The notes under the pieces are model-generated. The model was not told the origin of the DNA, did no database searches, and saw only the letters and a program-made list of their open reading frames with translations. A stretch of 64,000 nt of DNA from assembly GCF_031430775.1 (NCBI RefSeq), contig NZ_JANPCD010000170.1, forward strand, positions 6,003 to 70,002. The letters are read 5' to 3'. The stretch is from Sandarakinorhabdus sp. (GTDB lineage Bacteria > Pseudomonadota > Alphaproteobacteria > Sphingomonadales > Sphingomonadaceae). A program made the position numbers and the translations under genes. This document shows, piece after piece, positions 1 to 9,633 of the stretch (its first letter is position 1; each line of letters begins with the position of its first letter).

Positions 1-213
1 ACCAGCCGGCGCAAGGGAGGTGGCCGCAATGTCGCCGCCCGGCAGCAGTTGCTGTTCCGATAAGGCATCTCCCTGTCGGTGACGCTGCATTGGCCATGCA
101 GTGCGGCCATGCCGTCATGCACGGTGTGTCAATTGGATGGATTCGGGTTTGGGCAAACCGCGCCGCCGCGCTAAGGGTCACCAGGGAATATCAGGGCAAG
201 GCCGCACAAATCG

Positions 214-1545
214 ATGCCACGCACGCGCGCAGACGGAAAAAAGACCCAGATCGTCGTCGTCGGAGGCGGAGCGGGCGGGCTTGAGCTGGTCACGCGGCTT
301 GGTGCCAATCTGCCGCGTGCCGATTTCGACATCATCCTCGTCGATCGCAACCCGACGCACGTCTGGAAGCCGCTGTTGCATGAGGTCGCCGCTGGCAGCC
401 TCGACGCCAATCTCGACGAGGTCGGCTATCGCGGCCATGCCTTTCGCTGGGGTTATCGCTATTTCGATGGCGCGCTTGAAGGCGTTGACCGCGAGGCCAA
501 GGAAATCCTGATCGCGCCGATCAACGACGAGGATGGCAGCGAAGTCATCGGCCGGCACCGTATCCGATATGATTATCTGGTGCTGGCAGTCGGCAGCGTT
601 TCGAATGATTTCGGCATTACCGGCGTCAAGGAACATTGCCTCGCGCTGGAAACTCGTGCTGACGCTGACCGCTTCCGCCGCCGCCTGCTCAACCAGTGCC
701 TGCGAGTATCACGCCAGATGGTCGCCGATCCAGCCTGTGATGCCTTGGTCAAGGTCGTGATCGTTGGCGGCGGCGCCACCGGCGTCGAACTGGCCGCCGA
801 ATTGTTTTCCGCCGCCGATGCGTTGGCCTATTATGGCCTTGAGGTCTTCGACGCCAAGCGACTGAAGGTGACTTTGCTCGAGGCCGGGCCGCGCATTCTG
901 CCGCAATTGCCCGAGCGATTGGCCGAATCGGCCAAGGCCGAACTGGAAAATCTCGGTGTCACCGTGCTGACGCAGACGCAGGTGACCAGCGCGGCCGCCG
1001 ACGCCATTCATACCAAGGATGGTCAGATCATTGCAGCCGACCTGAAGGTTTGGGCCGCCGGCGTGCGCGGCGCCGATTTTCTGCATGAAATCGGAGGGCT
1101 GGAAACCACGCGGGGCAATCTGCTGGTGGTGTTGCCGACGTTGCAGACAACGCGCGACCCGAGCATTTTCGCCATTGGTGACTGCGCGTTCTTCAAGCCC
1201 GAAGGCGCCGACCGGCCCATCCCGCCGCGCGCCCAGGCCGCGCACCAGATGGCAGACGCTGCCTATCGCAACATTCGTGCCGCCATCGCCGGCAAGCCGC
1301 TGGTGCCATTCGTGTACAAGGACAATGGCAGCCTGGTCAGCCTTGCCCGTTATTCGACAGTCGGCAGCCTGATGGGCAATCTTGTCGGCGGCCGCATGGC
1401 CATCGAGGGCCGGCTGGCGCGGCTGGTCTATACGTCGCTGTATCGCATGCACCTGATCGCCATCCATGGCTGGATCAAGGGACTGTCGCTTCTGCTCGTC
1501 GGCCATGTCAACCAGGTGGTGCGGCCCAAGTTGAAGCTGCATTGA
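214..1545 (+). CDS. ndh: type II NADH dehydrogenase (NDH-2), FAD/NAD(P)-binding oxidoreductase
   Basis: 443-aa ORF; N-terminal dinucleotide motif IVVVGGGAGG and second Rossmann motif VIVGGGATGVE; NDH-2 length and layout. Confidence 0.9.
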   Translation: MPRTRADGKKTQIVVVGGGAGGLELVTRLGANLPRADFDIILVDRNPTHVWKPLLHEVAAGSLDANLDEVGYRGHAFRWGYRYFDGALEGVDREAKEILIAPINDEDGSEVIGRHRIRYDYLVLAVGSVSNDFGITGVKEHCLALETRADADRFRRRLLNQCLRVSRQMVADPACDALVKVVIVGGGATGVELAAELFSAADALAYYGLEVFDAKRLKVTLLEAGPRILPQLPERLAESAKAELENLGVTVLTQTQVTSAAADAIHTKDGQIIAADLKVWAAGVRGADFLHEIGGLETTRGNLLVVLPTLQTTRDPSIFAIGDCAFFKPEGADRPIPPRAQAAHQMADAAYRNIRAAIAGKPLVPFVYKDNGSLVSLARYSTVGSLMGNLVGGRMAIEGRLARLVYTSLYRMHLIAIHGWIKGLSLLLVGHVNQVVRPKLKLH

Positions 1546-1565
1546 GGTCGTGAATCACGATCGAT

Positions 1566-1605
1566 AAAAAAGGGGCCGCCGGCTTGCGCCGCCGGCCCCT
1601 TTTTC
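1566..1605. terminator. bidirectional intrinsic terminator between convergent ndh and the PEP-CTERM protease gene
   Basis: A-run, GC-rich hairpin AGGGGCCGCCGGC-TTGC-GCCGCCGGCCCCT (one internal mismatch), then T-run TTTTT. Confidence 0.6.
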
Positions 1606-1619
1606 GTGTTTGCGCGGAC

Positions 1620-2846
1620 TCAGGCAGCCACGGCTGTCTGGCGACGACGACGCATCGTTGCGCCAATCAAGCCAAAGCCGGCCATCAGCATGGCCCAGCT
1701 TGCCGGTTCCGGCACGGCGAGATCATAGCCCATGGTGTCAAAGGCGATGAGGTCGAGCTTGGTGATGTTCATCCGGGGACGGCTGCCGTTCGGGCCGCTT
1801 GCGGTCGGGTCCATGATGCCGATCGGCGGGAAGATGTTCAGCGCCGAATCGTCCTTCCAGTGACTGGCCTGGCGGCCATCACCATTGAACGATCCCGTCG
1901 ACAGCAAGGTCAGGCAATTCTGCCCGCCATTGATCGAGAAGCACGGGGTGCCGCCGATCGACCAGTCAAGGATACGGTCAGTGCCGAAATTGCCGTAACG
2001 GTTGAGGTCATGGACAGTGCCCCAGCCAATGTTGTTCAGGCCGCGGGCGCCATTGGGTGCGGCGCGGTTTGGCAGGGCGTTTTGATCGGCCAGATCGACG
2101 CCGGAACGAAAGCCGAGCGCATGGCCGATTTCATGGGCGGCAACGCCGACAAAATCGATGGCGCCCGGCGTGATGCCGTCGCTGGGGTCGAAGTCCCAGA
2201 TGAACAGCGTGCTGAACTGCACCGTGCCGTCGCGGCCGCCGGCATTGGTGCCAGCATTGTAGACAGGGTTGAGGCCGAGCGCCTTCACCTGTGCCGTGTT
2301 GATCTGGATGTTGTTGTTGTCGAAGGTGTTGTTGTTGTCGAGGAAGCGCAGGCGCGCATCGATCGGGCCGGTGACCGGCGGCTCGTTGCTGACGAACGAC
2401 AGCGGTCCGGCCTGCAACGCGGCAACAGATGAGCGGTCCCACACCGATTTGGCGTCGGTGCCCAGCACGCTCGCAAGGCCGGCATAGTTGATGGTGTTGG
2501 TCGTCGAACCGGTCGAACCCAGGATGTTGGGGCCAAGCTGCGCAAAGCGCACGTCGAGACGGATGGTGATCGGATCCTTCAGGACCCTGGACCACAAGGC
2601 GGCAGCCGCTTCAAAGCCGGCGCGCGCCTGGGAACCGACACCGACACCGCCCAGATCGTTGAGGAAGAACGTCATGCCGCCGCCAGCCGTGCTGGCAGAC
2701 TGTGCCAGAAGCGACGAGCCGCCGCCTGTGCCGACCGTGCCTTCGTTGCTGGTGAACTGATGTCCGCAGGTGCCGTTATGGACATGGCCCTGCGCCATGG
2801 CCGAGCCCGATGATGCAAGCAACAATGCCGCTGCAAGAATTCGCAT
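1620..2846 (-). CDS. secreted zinc metalloprotease with C-terminal PEP-CTERM sorting signal
   Basis: Signal peptide MRILAAALLLASSGSAMA from ATG 2846, preceded by an AGGGGA SD. HEIGHALG zinc motif. C-terminus VPEPASWAMLMAGFGLIGATMRRRRQ is PEP + TM helix + Arg cluster. Confidence 0.85.
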   Translation of the reverse strand: MRILAAALLLASSGSAMAQGHVHNGTCGHQFTSNEGTVGTGGGSSLLAQSASTAGGGMTFFLNDLGGVGVGSQARAGFEAAAALWSRVLKDPITIRLDVRFAQLGPNILGSTGSTTNTINYAGLASVLGTDAKSVWDRSSVAALQAGPLSFVSNEPPVTGPIDARLRFLDNNNTFDNNNIQINTAQVKALGLNPVYNAGTNAGGRDGTVQFSTLFIWDFDPSDGITPGAIDFVGVAAHEIGHALGFRSGVDLADQNALPNRAAPNGARGLNNIGWGTVHDLNRYGNFGTDRILDWSIGGTPCFSINGGQNCLTLLSTGSFNGDGRQASHWKDDSALNIFPPIGIMDPTASGPNGSRPRMNITKLDLIAFDTMGYDLAVPEPASWAMLMAGFGLIGATMRRRRQTAVAA

Positions 2847-2973
2847 GTGTATTCCCCTTTTGAAGATCAAGAATCGCTAGTCCCCGAACGCTCATTACAA
2901 TTCGTCAACGAGCGATGCAATTCGCAAAAAGACAGCCAAATCAAAATGATACATAGTTACATGAGTTGCGTCA

Positions 2974-4260
2974 TCACGCATCGAATTCAAGAATTTCAGG
3001 GATGCGGGTAAAGGCAATGCGAGGGCCGCCGGACCGCGTGGCGCCATGCAGATCGTGGCCCAATGTGACGGCATCGCGCCCCCAGCGGCTGTTGACCTTG
3101 TCCATGGCCTCCGACAGCGCCCGGCGCCGTGTTTCGGTATTTGCATCGACCAGTCCCGCGCAGTCCAGCAAGTCGCCCTGCACGGCATCGGCGTCGGTCA
3201 GTTCCGCCAGCGTGATGCCGACTTGCAGCAACCGGACCGCGCCGAATGCGTCCAGCATCTGCTGCCACAGCTGCTCCATCACGGCGACCAGCGACAGCGA
3301 ATCGATGATCTGCGGCAATTTCGTGCCGCCCTTCCAGCGCGTGCTGCGCGTTTCGCCCTCCCTGCGCGCCTCGCTCTTGACCATCAGGCCCAGCCAGCCG
3401 GCGCGCTTGCCGGCCTGCCGCAGTCGCGTGCCAGCCTTCATCACCAGCCGCCGCGTCACCAGCCGGGCGCGTTCGGGGCTTCGCTTGTCGGGACCGAGCA
3501 CGTGCGAATGGCCGATGCTTTTCTGGTCGTGGCGGGTTTCGGCAATTTCCGCACCCTTGAGCAGCCAGTGCATGCGCGCGCCCCAGACGCTGCCCCAGGC
3601 CAATTGTGCCTCGTGCGCCGACAGGGCCAGCAGCCGTTCCATGGTGACAATGCCGGCCGCCGCCAGCCGCCGTTCCATGTTGCGGCCCACGCCGGGAATG
3701 TCCGACAGCTTGAGGCGCGATAGCCGTTCGTGCAGCGTGTCTGCCGTCAATATGGTCAAGCCATCGGGCTTTTGCATGTCGGCGGCCATCTTGGCGAGCA
3801 GCCGGTTGGGCGCAGCGCCGATCGAGGATGTGAGGCAGGTGCCGACATTGGCAGCAACGCCGGCCTTGATGCGGGCCGCCAATGCCGCAACTGCTCCTGC
3901 GCTGTTTTCATTGTCCATCAACTGGCAGGCCACTTCGTCGATGGAACAGACCATCGTTACCGGGACATGGCGGGCGACCTCGGCGATGACCTTGTGGTGA
4001 AAGCGGACATAGTCGCCGTGACGGCCCGGCACCACGACCAGATCGCGGCACAGAGCCCGCGCCTCCCAGATCTTCGTGCCGGTGCGGATGCCGAATGCCT
4101 TTGCCTCGTAGCTGGCGGCAATGGCGCTGGTGGAATCCGTGTCCACCGGCGCCACCACCACGGGCCGTCCGCGTAGAGCCGGGTCGAGCTGCTGTTCGAC
4201 GCTGGCGAAATAGCTGTTCAGATCAAGGTACAGCCAGCGAAGGGGCGGCGAATCAATCAT
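2974..4260 (-). CDS. Y-family DNA polymerase (DinB/Pol IV-like, catalytic residues present)
   Basis: Motifs LDLNSYFASVEQ and CSIDEVACQL (catalytic Asp/Glu). Start set at MIDSPPLRWLYLD (ATG 4260); the longer ORF to 4386 is an unlikely extension. Confidence 0.85.
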   Translation of the reverse strand: MIDSPPLRWLYLDLNSYFASVEQQLDPALRGRPVVVAPVDTDSTSAIAASYEAKAFGIRTGTKIWEARALCRDLVVVPGRHGDYVRFHHKVIAEVARHVPVTMVCSIDEVACQLMDNENSAGAVAALAARIKAGVAANVGTCLTSSIGAAPNRLLAKMAADMQKPDGLTILTADTLHERLSRLKLSDIPGVGRNMERRLAAAGIVTMERLLALSAHEAQLAWGSVWGARMHWLLKGAEIAETRHDQKSIGHSHVLGPDKRSPERARLVTRRLVMKAGTRLRQAGKRAGWLGLMVKSEARREGETRSTRWKGGTKLPQIIDSLSLVAVMEQLWQQMLDAFGAVRLLQVGITLAELTDADAVQGDLLDCAGLVDANTETRRRALSEAMDKVNSRWGRDAVTLGHDLHGATRSGGPRIAFTRIPEILEFDA

Positions 4261-4280
4261 ATCTGTTTGTCGCACAAACG

Positions 4281-4295
4281 GAACAAAAAAGGAAC
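4281..4295 (-). promoter_or_regulatory. alphaproteobacterial LexA (SOS) box, GTTC-N7-GTTC
   Basis: GAACAAAAAAGGAAC on + strand (GTTCCTTTTTTGTTC on - strand), 21-35 nt upstream of the Y-family polymerase ATG. Confidence 0.6.
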
Positions 4296-4345
4296 AAGTG
4301 TGGCGAGGGCTGTTGCGCCGCGTCGCTTGCGGGTAAACCGGCACC

Positions 4346-5101
4346 ATGAGCGTCATCTCCGAAATTGCAGAACCCGCAGGTGTCACCGCTGTTGCCGCCG
4401 ATGCGCTGGCAGGCAGGCAACTGCGCTTTTATGATTTTGCCATGGCGGCGTTTGCCGTCATCCTGATCTGTTCCAACCTGATCGGTGCGGGCAAGCAGGC
4501 GGCCGTAACGCTGCCCTTTTTCGGCCAGATGACGTTCGGTGCCGGCATATTGTTCTTCCCGCTGGGCTATGTGCTCGGCGATGTGCTGACCGAAGTCTAT
4601 GGCTATGCCCGTGCGCGCCGGGTGGTCTGGGTCGGCTTTACCGCTTCGATCTTCACCGCTTTCATGGCCTTTGTCGTGGTCTCGATTCCCCCTGCGCCGG
4701 GCTGGGACGGGCAGGAAACGCTGGCCGCCGTTTTCGGCCAGACCCCGCGCATATTTCTTGCGTCCATCACGGCCTTTTGGGCCGGCGAGTTTGCCAATTC
4801 CTTCGTGCTGGCGCGCATGAAGGTCTGGACCGGCGGCAAGCACCTGTGGACGCGCACCATTGGTTCAACGGTCGTGGGGCAGGGGGTGGACAGCCTGATT
4901 TTCTATCCGCTGGCGTTTCTGGGCGTGTGGGACACGTCGGCAGTCATCACCGTGGCGTTGACCAACTACGGGCTCAAAGTGCTGTGGGAAGCGTTGCTGA
5001 CCCCGGTCACCTACCGCATCGTCGCCTGGTTCAAGCGCGCCGAGGGGTTGGACGTGTTCGACACGGCCACCGATTTCTCGCCGTTCAAGACTCGGGTGTA
5101 A
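4346..5101 (+). CDS. yhhQ: queuosine-precursor transporter family (YhhQ/DUF165, VUT family) membrane protein
   Basis: 251-aa polytopic membrane ORF with the family-typical FFPLGYVLGDVLTEVYGYARARRVVW segment. Confidence 0.75.
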   Translation: MSVISEIAEPAGVTAVAADALAGRQLRFYDFAMAAFAVILICSNLIGAGKQAAVTLPFFGQMTFGAGILFFPLGYVLGDVLTEVYGYARARRVVWVGFTASIFTAFMAFVVVSIPPAPGWDGQETLAAVFGQTPRIFLASITAFWAGEFANSFVLARMKVWTGGKHLWTRTIGSTVVGQGVDSLIFYPLAFLGVWDTSAVITVALTNYGLKVLWEALLTPVTYRIVAWFKRAEGLDVFDTATDFSPFKTRV

Positions 5102-6086
5102 ATGGCGGTGTTACGGGCGGCGTAACGGGGATTTCCATCAGGTCGCGCCCGACGATGATTGGTCCCTTGTAGGCGCGGGCTGCCGCGCCGGCCCATTGGC
5201 TGTCTGTTATGCTGCTGTCCCCGCCCGGCACGAAATGGCTGAGCACCAGCATGCCGACACCGGCCGCCGCTGCGATCTCGCCCGCCTGTTCTGCCGTCGT
5301 GTGGCTGGCGAGCAGATGTTCCCGCAGCCGCGTGGCGTTGGTTTCGGTGGCGAGCAGCCGCTCCAATGCCGGCATGTACATCGCCTCGTGAACCAGCACA
5401 TCGGCGCCGCGTGCCAGTGCGGCCAGTGCCTTGCTGGGGCGGGTATCGCCGGAAAACACCACTGACCGGCCCGGCGAGTCGAAACGATAGGCATAGCTGT
5501 TCGTCAGCGGCGGGTGTTCTACCCGCGCCGCAGTGACCTTCAATGCCGGCGTGTCGATCAGCACTGCTGGTCCGGTTATCTCGCGCGCCGATACCATGCG
5601 CGCCAGATCGGGCCGGCCTTCATCGGCCATGCGGGTGCGGATATCGACCGCCTGCATCTTCAGGAACTGGCGGGTCATTGCGGCCAGCGGCGGTGGGCCG
5701 AACAGCTGCACCTGCCGCGCCAGCGGACCAGACCAGGCCAGCCAGGGCAGGGTCATGAAATCGGCATTGTGATCGCTGTGATGGTGGCTGATGAACACCC
5801 CTGCCAGCGAACGGAGCGGCAAGCCGGCGGCGACCAATTGGCGTGCCACACCGTTGCCGGTATCGATGACATACAGGGCGTCTCCGACCATGACGGCGGC
5901 GCCAGGCGCGGCGCGGGCGGCCTTGGGCGTTGGTCCGCCGGCGGTGCCAAGCAGGATGATACGCATCACCGGCGCGTCGGCGGCCCGGGCCGTGCCTGTC
6001 AGAAAGGGCAACGCTAGCGCTGCGCCAAGCAGTTGCCGGCGATCAGCCAAGCGCGGAGGCCAGCGCCTCGAACATGCGGCGGCCAT
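5085..6086 (-). CDS. MBL-fold metallo-hydrolase with Tat signal peptide
   Basis: HHHSDH metal motif. N-terminal [21 protein letters not shown] twin-arginine signal. An in-frame TTG at 6050 is an alternative start that would cut the 44-nt overlap with purQ. Confidence 0.8.
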   Translation of the reverse strand: MAAACSRRWPPRLADRRQLLGAALALPFLTGTARAADAPVMRIILLGTAGGPTPKAARAAPGAAVMVGDALYVIDTGNGVARQLVAAGLPLRSLAGVFISHHHSDHNADFMTLPWLAWSGPLARQVQLFGPPPLAAMTRQFLKMQAVDIRTRMADEGRPDLARMVSAREITGPAVLIDTPALKVTAARVEHPPLTNSYAYRFDSPGRSVVFSGDTRPSKALAALARGADVLVHEAMYMPALERLLATETNATRLREHLLASHTTAEQAGEIAAAAGVGMLVLSHFVPGGDSSITDSQWAGAAARAYKGPIIVGRDLMEIPVTPPVTPPFTPES

Positions 6087-6708
6087 CGGTGCCGCCCTGT
6101 TCCGGTTCGATCAGCCGTTCGGGGTGCGGCATCAGGCCAAGCACATTGCCGGCGGCATTGAGAATTCCGGCAATTTGCCGGGCCGAACCATTGACCGGCT
6201 CGCCGTAGCGCAGCGCCACCCGGCCTTCGCCTTCGAGTCGGTCGAGCGTTTCGGCATCGGCGACGAAATTGCCGTCATGATGAGCTACGGGCAGCGTGAT
6301 CGTCTCGCCCGCGTCATAGCGGCTGGTAAACACTGACTGGGTACTTTCGACGATCAGCGGCACATCGCGGCAAACGAAATCAAGGCCGGCGTTGCGCATC
6401 AATGCGCCCGGCAGCAGCCCTGCTTCGGTGAGGATCTGGAAGCCGTTGCAGATGCCGAGCACGGCGCGGCCCTCGCTTGCGGCGCGCACCACCGCCTGCA
6501 TGACCGGCGAGCGCGACGCCATGGCACCGGAGCGCAGGTAATCGCCATAAGAAAAACCGCCTGGCACGCCGATGAGGTCGAGGCCGCCCGGCAAGTCGGT
6601 ATCGCCATGCCATACCATGTGCGGCGCGGTGCCGGTCACCTTGCGCAGCGCGTCGGCGAGATCCCGGTCGCAATTGGAGCCGGGGAACACGACGACTGCG
6701 GTCCTCAC
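6043..6708 (-). CDS. purQ: phosphoribosylformylglycinamidine synthase subunit PurQ (glutaminase)
   Basis: 221 aa; [19 protein letters not shown] (catalytic Cys), MPHPER motifs; GTG start overlaps purS stop (GTGA). Confidence 0.95.
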   Translation of the reverse strand: MRTAVVVFPGSNCDRDLADALRKVTGTAPHMVWHGDTDLPGGLDLIGVPGGFSYGDYLRSGAMASRSPVMQAVVRAASEGRAVLGICNGFQILTEAGLLPGALMRNAGLDFVCRDVPLIVESTQSVFTSRYDAGETITLPVAHHDGNFVADAETLDRLEGEGRVALRYGEPVNGSARQIAGILNAAGNVLGLMPHPERLIEPEQGGTDGRRMFEALASALG

Positions 6709-6935
6709 AGCACTTCGACCCGGTAATTTTCGATGACCGTGTTGGCGAGAAGCTTTTTCGCCATGTCCTCGATGACCGAAACGGGCGTCCCGTCGGCAAG
6801 GTCGAGTTCGATCACCTTGCCGGCACGGACATCACCGACGCCGGCAAAGCCGAGCCCGGACAGGGCAGCGGCAATCGCGCGCCCCTGCGGATCAAGTACG
6901 CCGGATTTCAGGGTGACGGTGACGCGGGCTTTCAT
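6705..6935 (-). CDS. purS: phosphoribosylformylglycinamidine synthase subunit PurS
   Basis: 76 aa [18 protein letters not shown]...[12 protein letters not shown] directly upstream of purQ; the upstream part of the 222-aa ORF is not coding. Confidence 0.95.
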   Translation of the reverse strand: MKARVTVTLKSGVLDPQGRAIAAALSGLGFAGVGDVRAGKVIELDLADGTPVSVIEDMAKKLLANTVIENYRVEVL

Positions 6936-7104
6936 GGGCGCGGCTTTAGGCCCTGAGCGCGCGCCGGGCAAGAGGCGCGAAACCGCTTGTCGGCGTGCTA
7001 TGAAAAATGGTGGAATCGGGTTAACCTGTTGCCAAGGCCGGGTACGCCGCCAGGCGCGCCCCTGACGCCAAGGACAAGTGTTTGCACCAGGGGAGTGAAC
7101 GACC

Positions 7105-8097
7105 ATGTCTGAGGATTGGGCAGCAGACGTCAGGAACCATGTTCCGGATGCCGACCCAGCAGCGATTGCCGGTATCGTGCGATATTGCGGCATAGCCCTT
7201 CGTAGCCGCGATGCGTCGCTGGTGTCGTTTTCGGATCCGGTGGAAACCGGCCGGGTGCGGGAGAACTTCCTCAAGAAGAAGTTGGCGCTGGCGGATGGCG
7301 ATGACGTTCTCGACGCCGCTGTCGCGCAGGTCGGAGTGCGGATGGCGGGCGAACCCACCAAGAACCGCGTCACTGTCTATTACCTGCTCGCCGAGCACTT
7401 TGGCCGGCTCGGCGATTTCATCAGCGCCAAGGATGCGGCGCTGAAAGCGAACGGTCCGGCCAACGATCCTGCATCGCCGCCCCTGCCATTGGCTGCGACC
7501 GATTCGCTACCGGCGCCGCCGGTCATGCCGCTGGGCCTTGCTGCTATGCCGGCGGCCGGGCCAGTGCATCATCGCCGCGCGCATGGCGGTTATGGCCTTG
7601 CTGGCTTGGGCCTCATCGGCCTTGCAGTGGCTGTCTTTGCGGGCATCGGCGTGCTGGTGACCGGCGGCTCGGCATCGTCACCGGCGGATGTCGCCGTGGC
7701 GCCGGCCGTCATGGCGGAGCCGGCCACGACCGTGATCGAAGCCCCTGATGGCGCCGGGGTGGTGGCACAGTTCATGGACGGCAAACCAAGCCTGTCCGTC
7801 TATTTCGACACCGCAAAGTCCGAAGTCATCGCCGATTTCGAGGCCGCCGCCGCGCCGCTCAAGGCCTGGCTCGATTTTCATCCTGCAGAACGGATCGTGG
7901 TATCGGGCTATAATGATGCGACAGGCAATGCAGCCCTCAATGCCGAATTGTCCAAGAACCGCGCTCGCGCCGTGCAGGCCGCGCTGGTATCGGCCGGCAT
8001 TCCCGCTGATCGCATCCTGCTGGAAAAACCTGCTGCCACAACGGATACGGACGTCAGTTCGGCCGAGGCGCGGCGCGTCGATGTGATGGTCCGCTAA
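7105..8097 (+). CDS. DUF2853-like N-terminal domain / TM helix / OmpA-MotB-like peptidoglycan-binding domain fusion protein
   Basis: N-terminus MSEDWAADVRNHVPDADPAAIAGIVRYCGIAL...ENFLKKKL. Pro/Ala linker, then TM helix GLAGLGLIGLAVAVFAGIGVLV. C-terminus SGYNDATGNAALNAELSKNRARAV is an OmpA-like motif. Confidence 0.8.
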   Translation: MSEDWAADVRNHVPDADPAAIAGIVRYCGIALRSRDASLVSFSDPVETGRVRENFLKKKLALADGDDVLDAAVAQVGVRMAGEPTKNRVTVYYLLAEHFGRLGDFISAKDAALKANGPANDPASPPLPLAATDSLPAPPVMPLGLAAMPAAGPVHHRRAHGGYGLAGLGLIGLAVAVFAGIGVLVTGGSASSPADVAVAPAVMAEPATTVIEAPDGAGVVAQFMDGKPSLSVYFDTAKSEVIADFEAAAAPLKAWLDFHPAERIVVSGYNDATGNAALNAELSKNRARAVQAALVSAGIPADRILLEKPAATTDTDVSSAEARRVDVMVR

Positions 8098-9626
8098 CCC
8101 AGCAGCTGCATCACCGCCGCGCCCAGGCCGGCAGCAAGCAGCAGCCATGGCGTGGACCAGCCGCTGCTCTGCCCGCGCTCAGGTGCGGGCGGCATCGGTG
8201 CCTGCGGCGGCGCGGCACCGGGCATCGGGTTGTCGGCGACGAACTGGCGGAATATGCGCGGCAACTGCGCCAGGGCGCGGGCATTGAGCACGATTCGATC
8301 GGCAATGACCGCCTCTGGCCCCATTTCGTCGCGTACCCAGTCGCGGACATAGGGTTCGGCGACTTCCCACATGTTGACATGCGGATCGAGCGTCAGCGCC
8401 ACGCCTTCGACCATCACCATGGTCTTTTGGAGCAGCAGCAGATGCGGCTGGACCGGCATGTCGAAACTGCGCGTGATCGAGAACAGACCTTCGAGCAGGT
8501 CGGTGATGGCGATGTCTTTGGCGCGCTTGCCGCGGATCGGCTCCCCCACCGCGCGCAGCGCCGTGGCAAAGGCCGCGACATTGTGGTGACCGGGCACATA
8601 GCCGGCCTCGAAATGGATCTCGGCCACACGCGCATAATTGCCGGTCACCAGCCCATGCAGGATTTCGGCCAGATACAGCCGCGCCCGGCGGTTGATGCGC
8701 CCCATGATGCCGAAATCTATGACTCCGATGCGGGCATGCGGGTGGCCATCGCCGGCCGGAATCACGAACAGATTGCCCTGATGCAGATCGGCGTGGAAAA
8801 ATCCCTTGGCAATCGCCTGTGCCAGAAAGCCGTTGACCAGCACCCGCGCCAGCCGCGTCCGGTCAAAGTCCAGAGCGGCCATGGCCGCCCGGTCCGAGAC
8901 CTTCACGCCGTCGATCCAGTCGATGACCAGCATGCGCCGGCCCGAACGCGCCCAATCAACGGCAGGAATGACATAGTCCGGCTCGCCGGCAAGTATCTCG
9001 GCAAGCTCCGACGCCGATGCTGCCTCGCGGCGCAGGTCAAGCTCGGTTTCGATCCAACCCTTGAACATGGCGATGACGGCGCGCGGCCGCAGCCGGGCAA
9101 ATTCCCCGCCCAGCGTTTCAAGATGCGCCGCGCCCCATTCGTAGGTGGCGATGGCGCGCGCTACTTCTGCCTCGATGCCGGGACGCAGCAACTTGATGGC
9201 CACGGCGCGGCCGTCACTGGTGACGGCACGGTGGACCTGGGCGATGGAGGCAGCCCCGACCGACACCGGGTCCACCGACTGGAACTGCTCCCGCCAGTTT
9301 GGCCCGAGCACCGGCTCCAGCGCCGCAAACGGCACCGGCGGCAAGGCATCCTGCAACCGCGCCAAGTCAGCTGCAGCCTCCTGCCCGATCAGGTCGGGCC
9401 GTGTCGCCAACGCCTGGCCGAGTTTGATGGCAGCAGGGCCGACTGCCGACAGCCCGCCGGCAAAATCAGGTATGGCGGGCGCGCGGGCGCCCAGCCGAGC
9501 GACACGGGCCACCAGGCGGATGGCCAGCGGCAGGGCAGGGCCTTCGAACGGGCGCAGGGCGCCATGCCGGGCAAGCCGCCGGCCCCAGACCAGCATCCGC
9601 CAGAAATGCACGATGGCAGGCGTCAT
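8094..9626 (-). CDS. ubiB: ubiquinone biosynthesis regulatory kinase-like protein UbiB
   Basis: 510 aa; ABC1/UbiB kinase-like motifs (AAASIAQVH, VAIKLLRPG, FHADLHQGN, DFG); C-terminal TM helix; adjacent to ubiE. Confidence 0.95.
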   Translation of the reverse strand: MTPAIVHFWRMLVWGRRLARHGALRPFEGPALPLAIRLVARVARLGARAPAIPDFAGGLSAVGPAAIKLGQALATRPDLIGQEAAADLARLQDALPPVPFAALEPVLGPNWREQFQSVDPVSVGAASIAQVHRAVTSDGRAVAIKLLRPGIEAEVARAIATYEWGAAHLETLGGEFARLRPRAVIAMFKGWIETELDLRREAASASELAEILAGEPDYVIPAVDWARSGRRMLVIDWIDGVKVSDRAAMAALDFDRTRLARVLVNGFLAQAIAKGFFHADLHQGNLFVIPAGDGHPHARIGVIDFGIMGRINRRARLYLAEILHGLVTGNYARVAEIHFEAGYVPGHHNVAAFATALRAVGEPIRGKRAKDIAITDLLEGLFSITRSFDMPVQPHLLLLQKTMVMVEGVALTLDPHVNMWEVAEPYVRDWVRDEMGPEAVIADRIVLNARALAQLPRIFRQFVADNPMPGAAPPQAPMPPAPERGQSSGWSTPWLLLAAGLGAAVMQLLG

Positions 9627-9633
9627 GCCGGGA

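Noticed and set aside
1-90. Possible 5' end of a minus-strand gene (MQRHRQGDALSEQQLLPGG...) leaving the window
   Set aside because: Only 30 codons are visible with no motif, so the call cannot be supported.
101-1542. Multiple overlapping ORFs on both strands across the ndh region (for example 178-636 and 709-1542, both minus)
   Set aside because: They are antisense or out of frame relative to ndh, which has clear Rossmann motifs. The products are compositionally biased.
4265-4295. Possible preQ1 riboswitch upstream of the YhhQ-type transporter (hairpin GTTTGT-CGC-ACAAAC followed by an A-rich tract)
   Set aside because: The loop is only 3 nt and I could not find pseudoknot complementarity. 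The A-rich tract is fully explained by a perfect GAAC-N7-GAAC LexA box.
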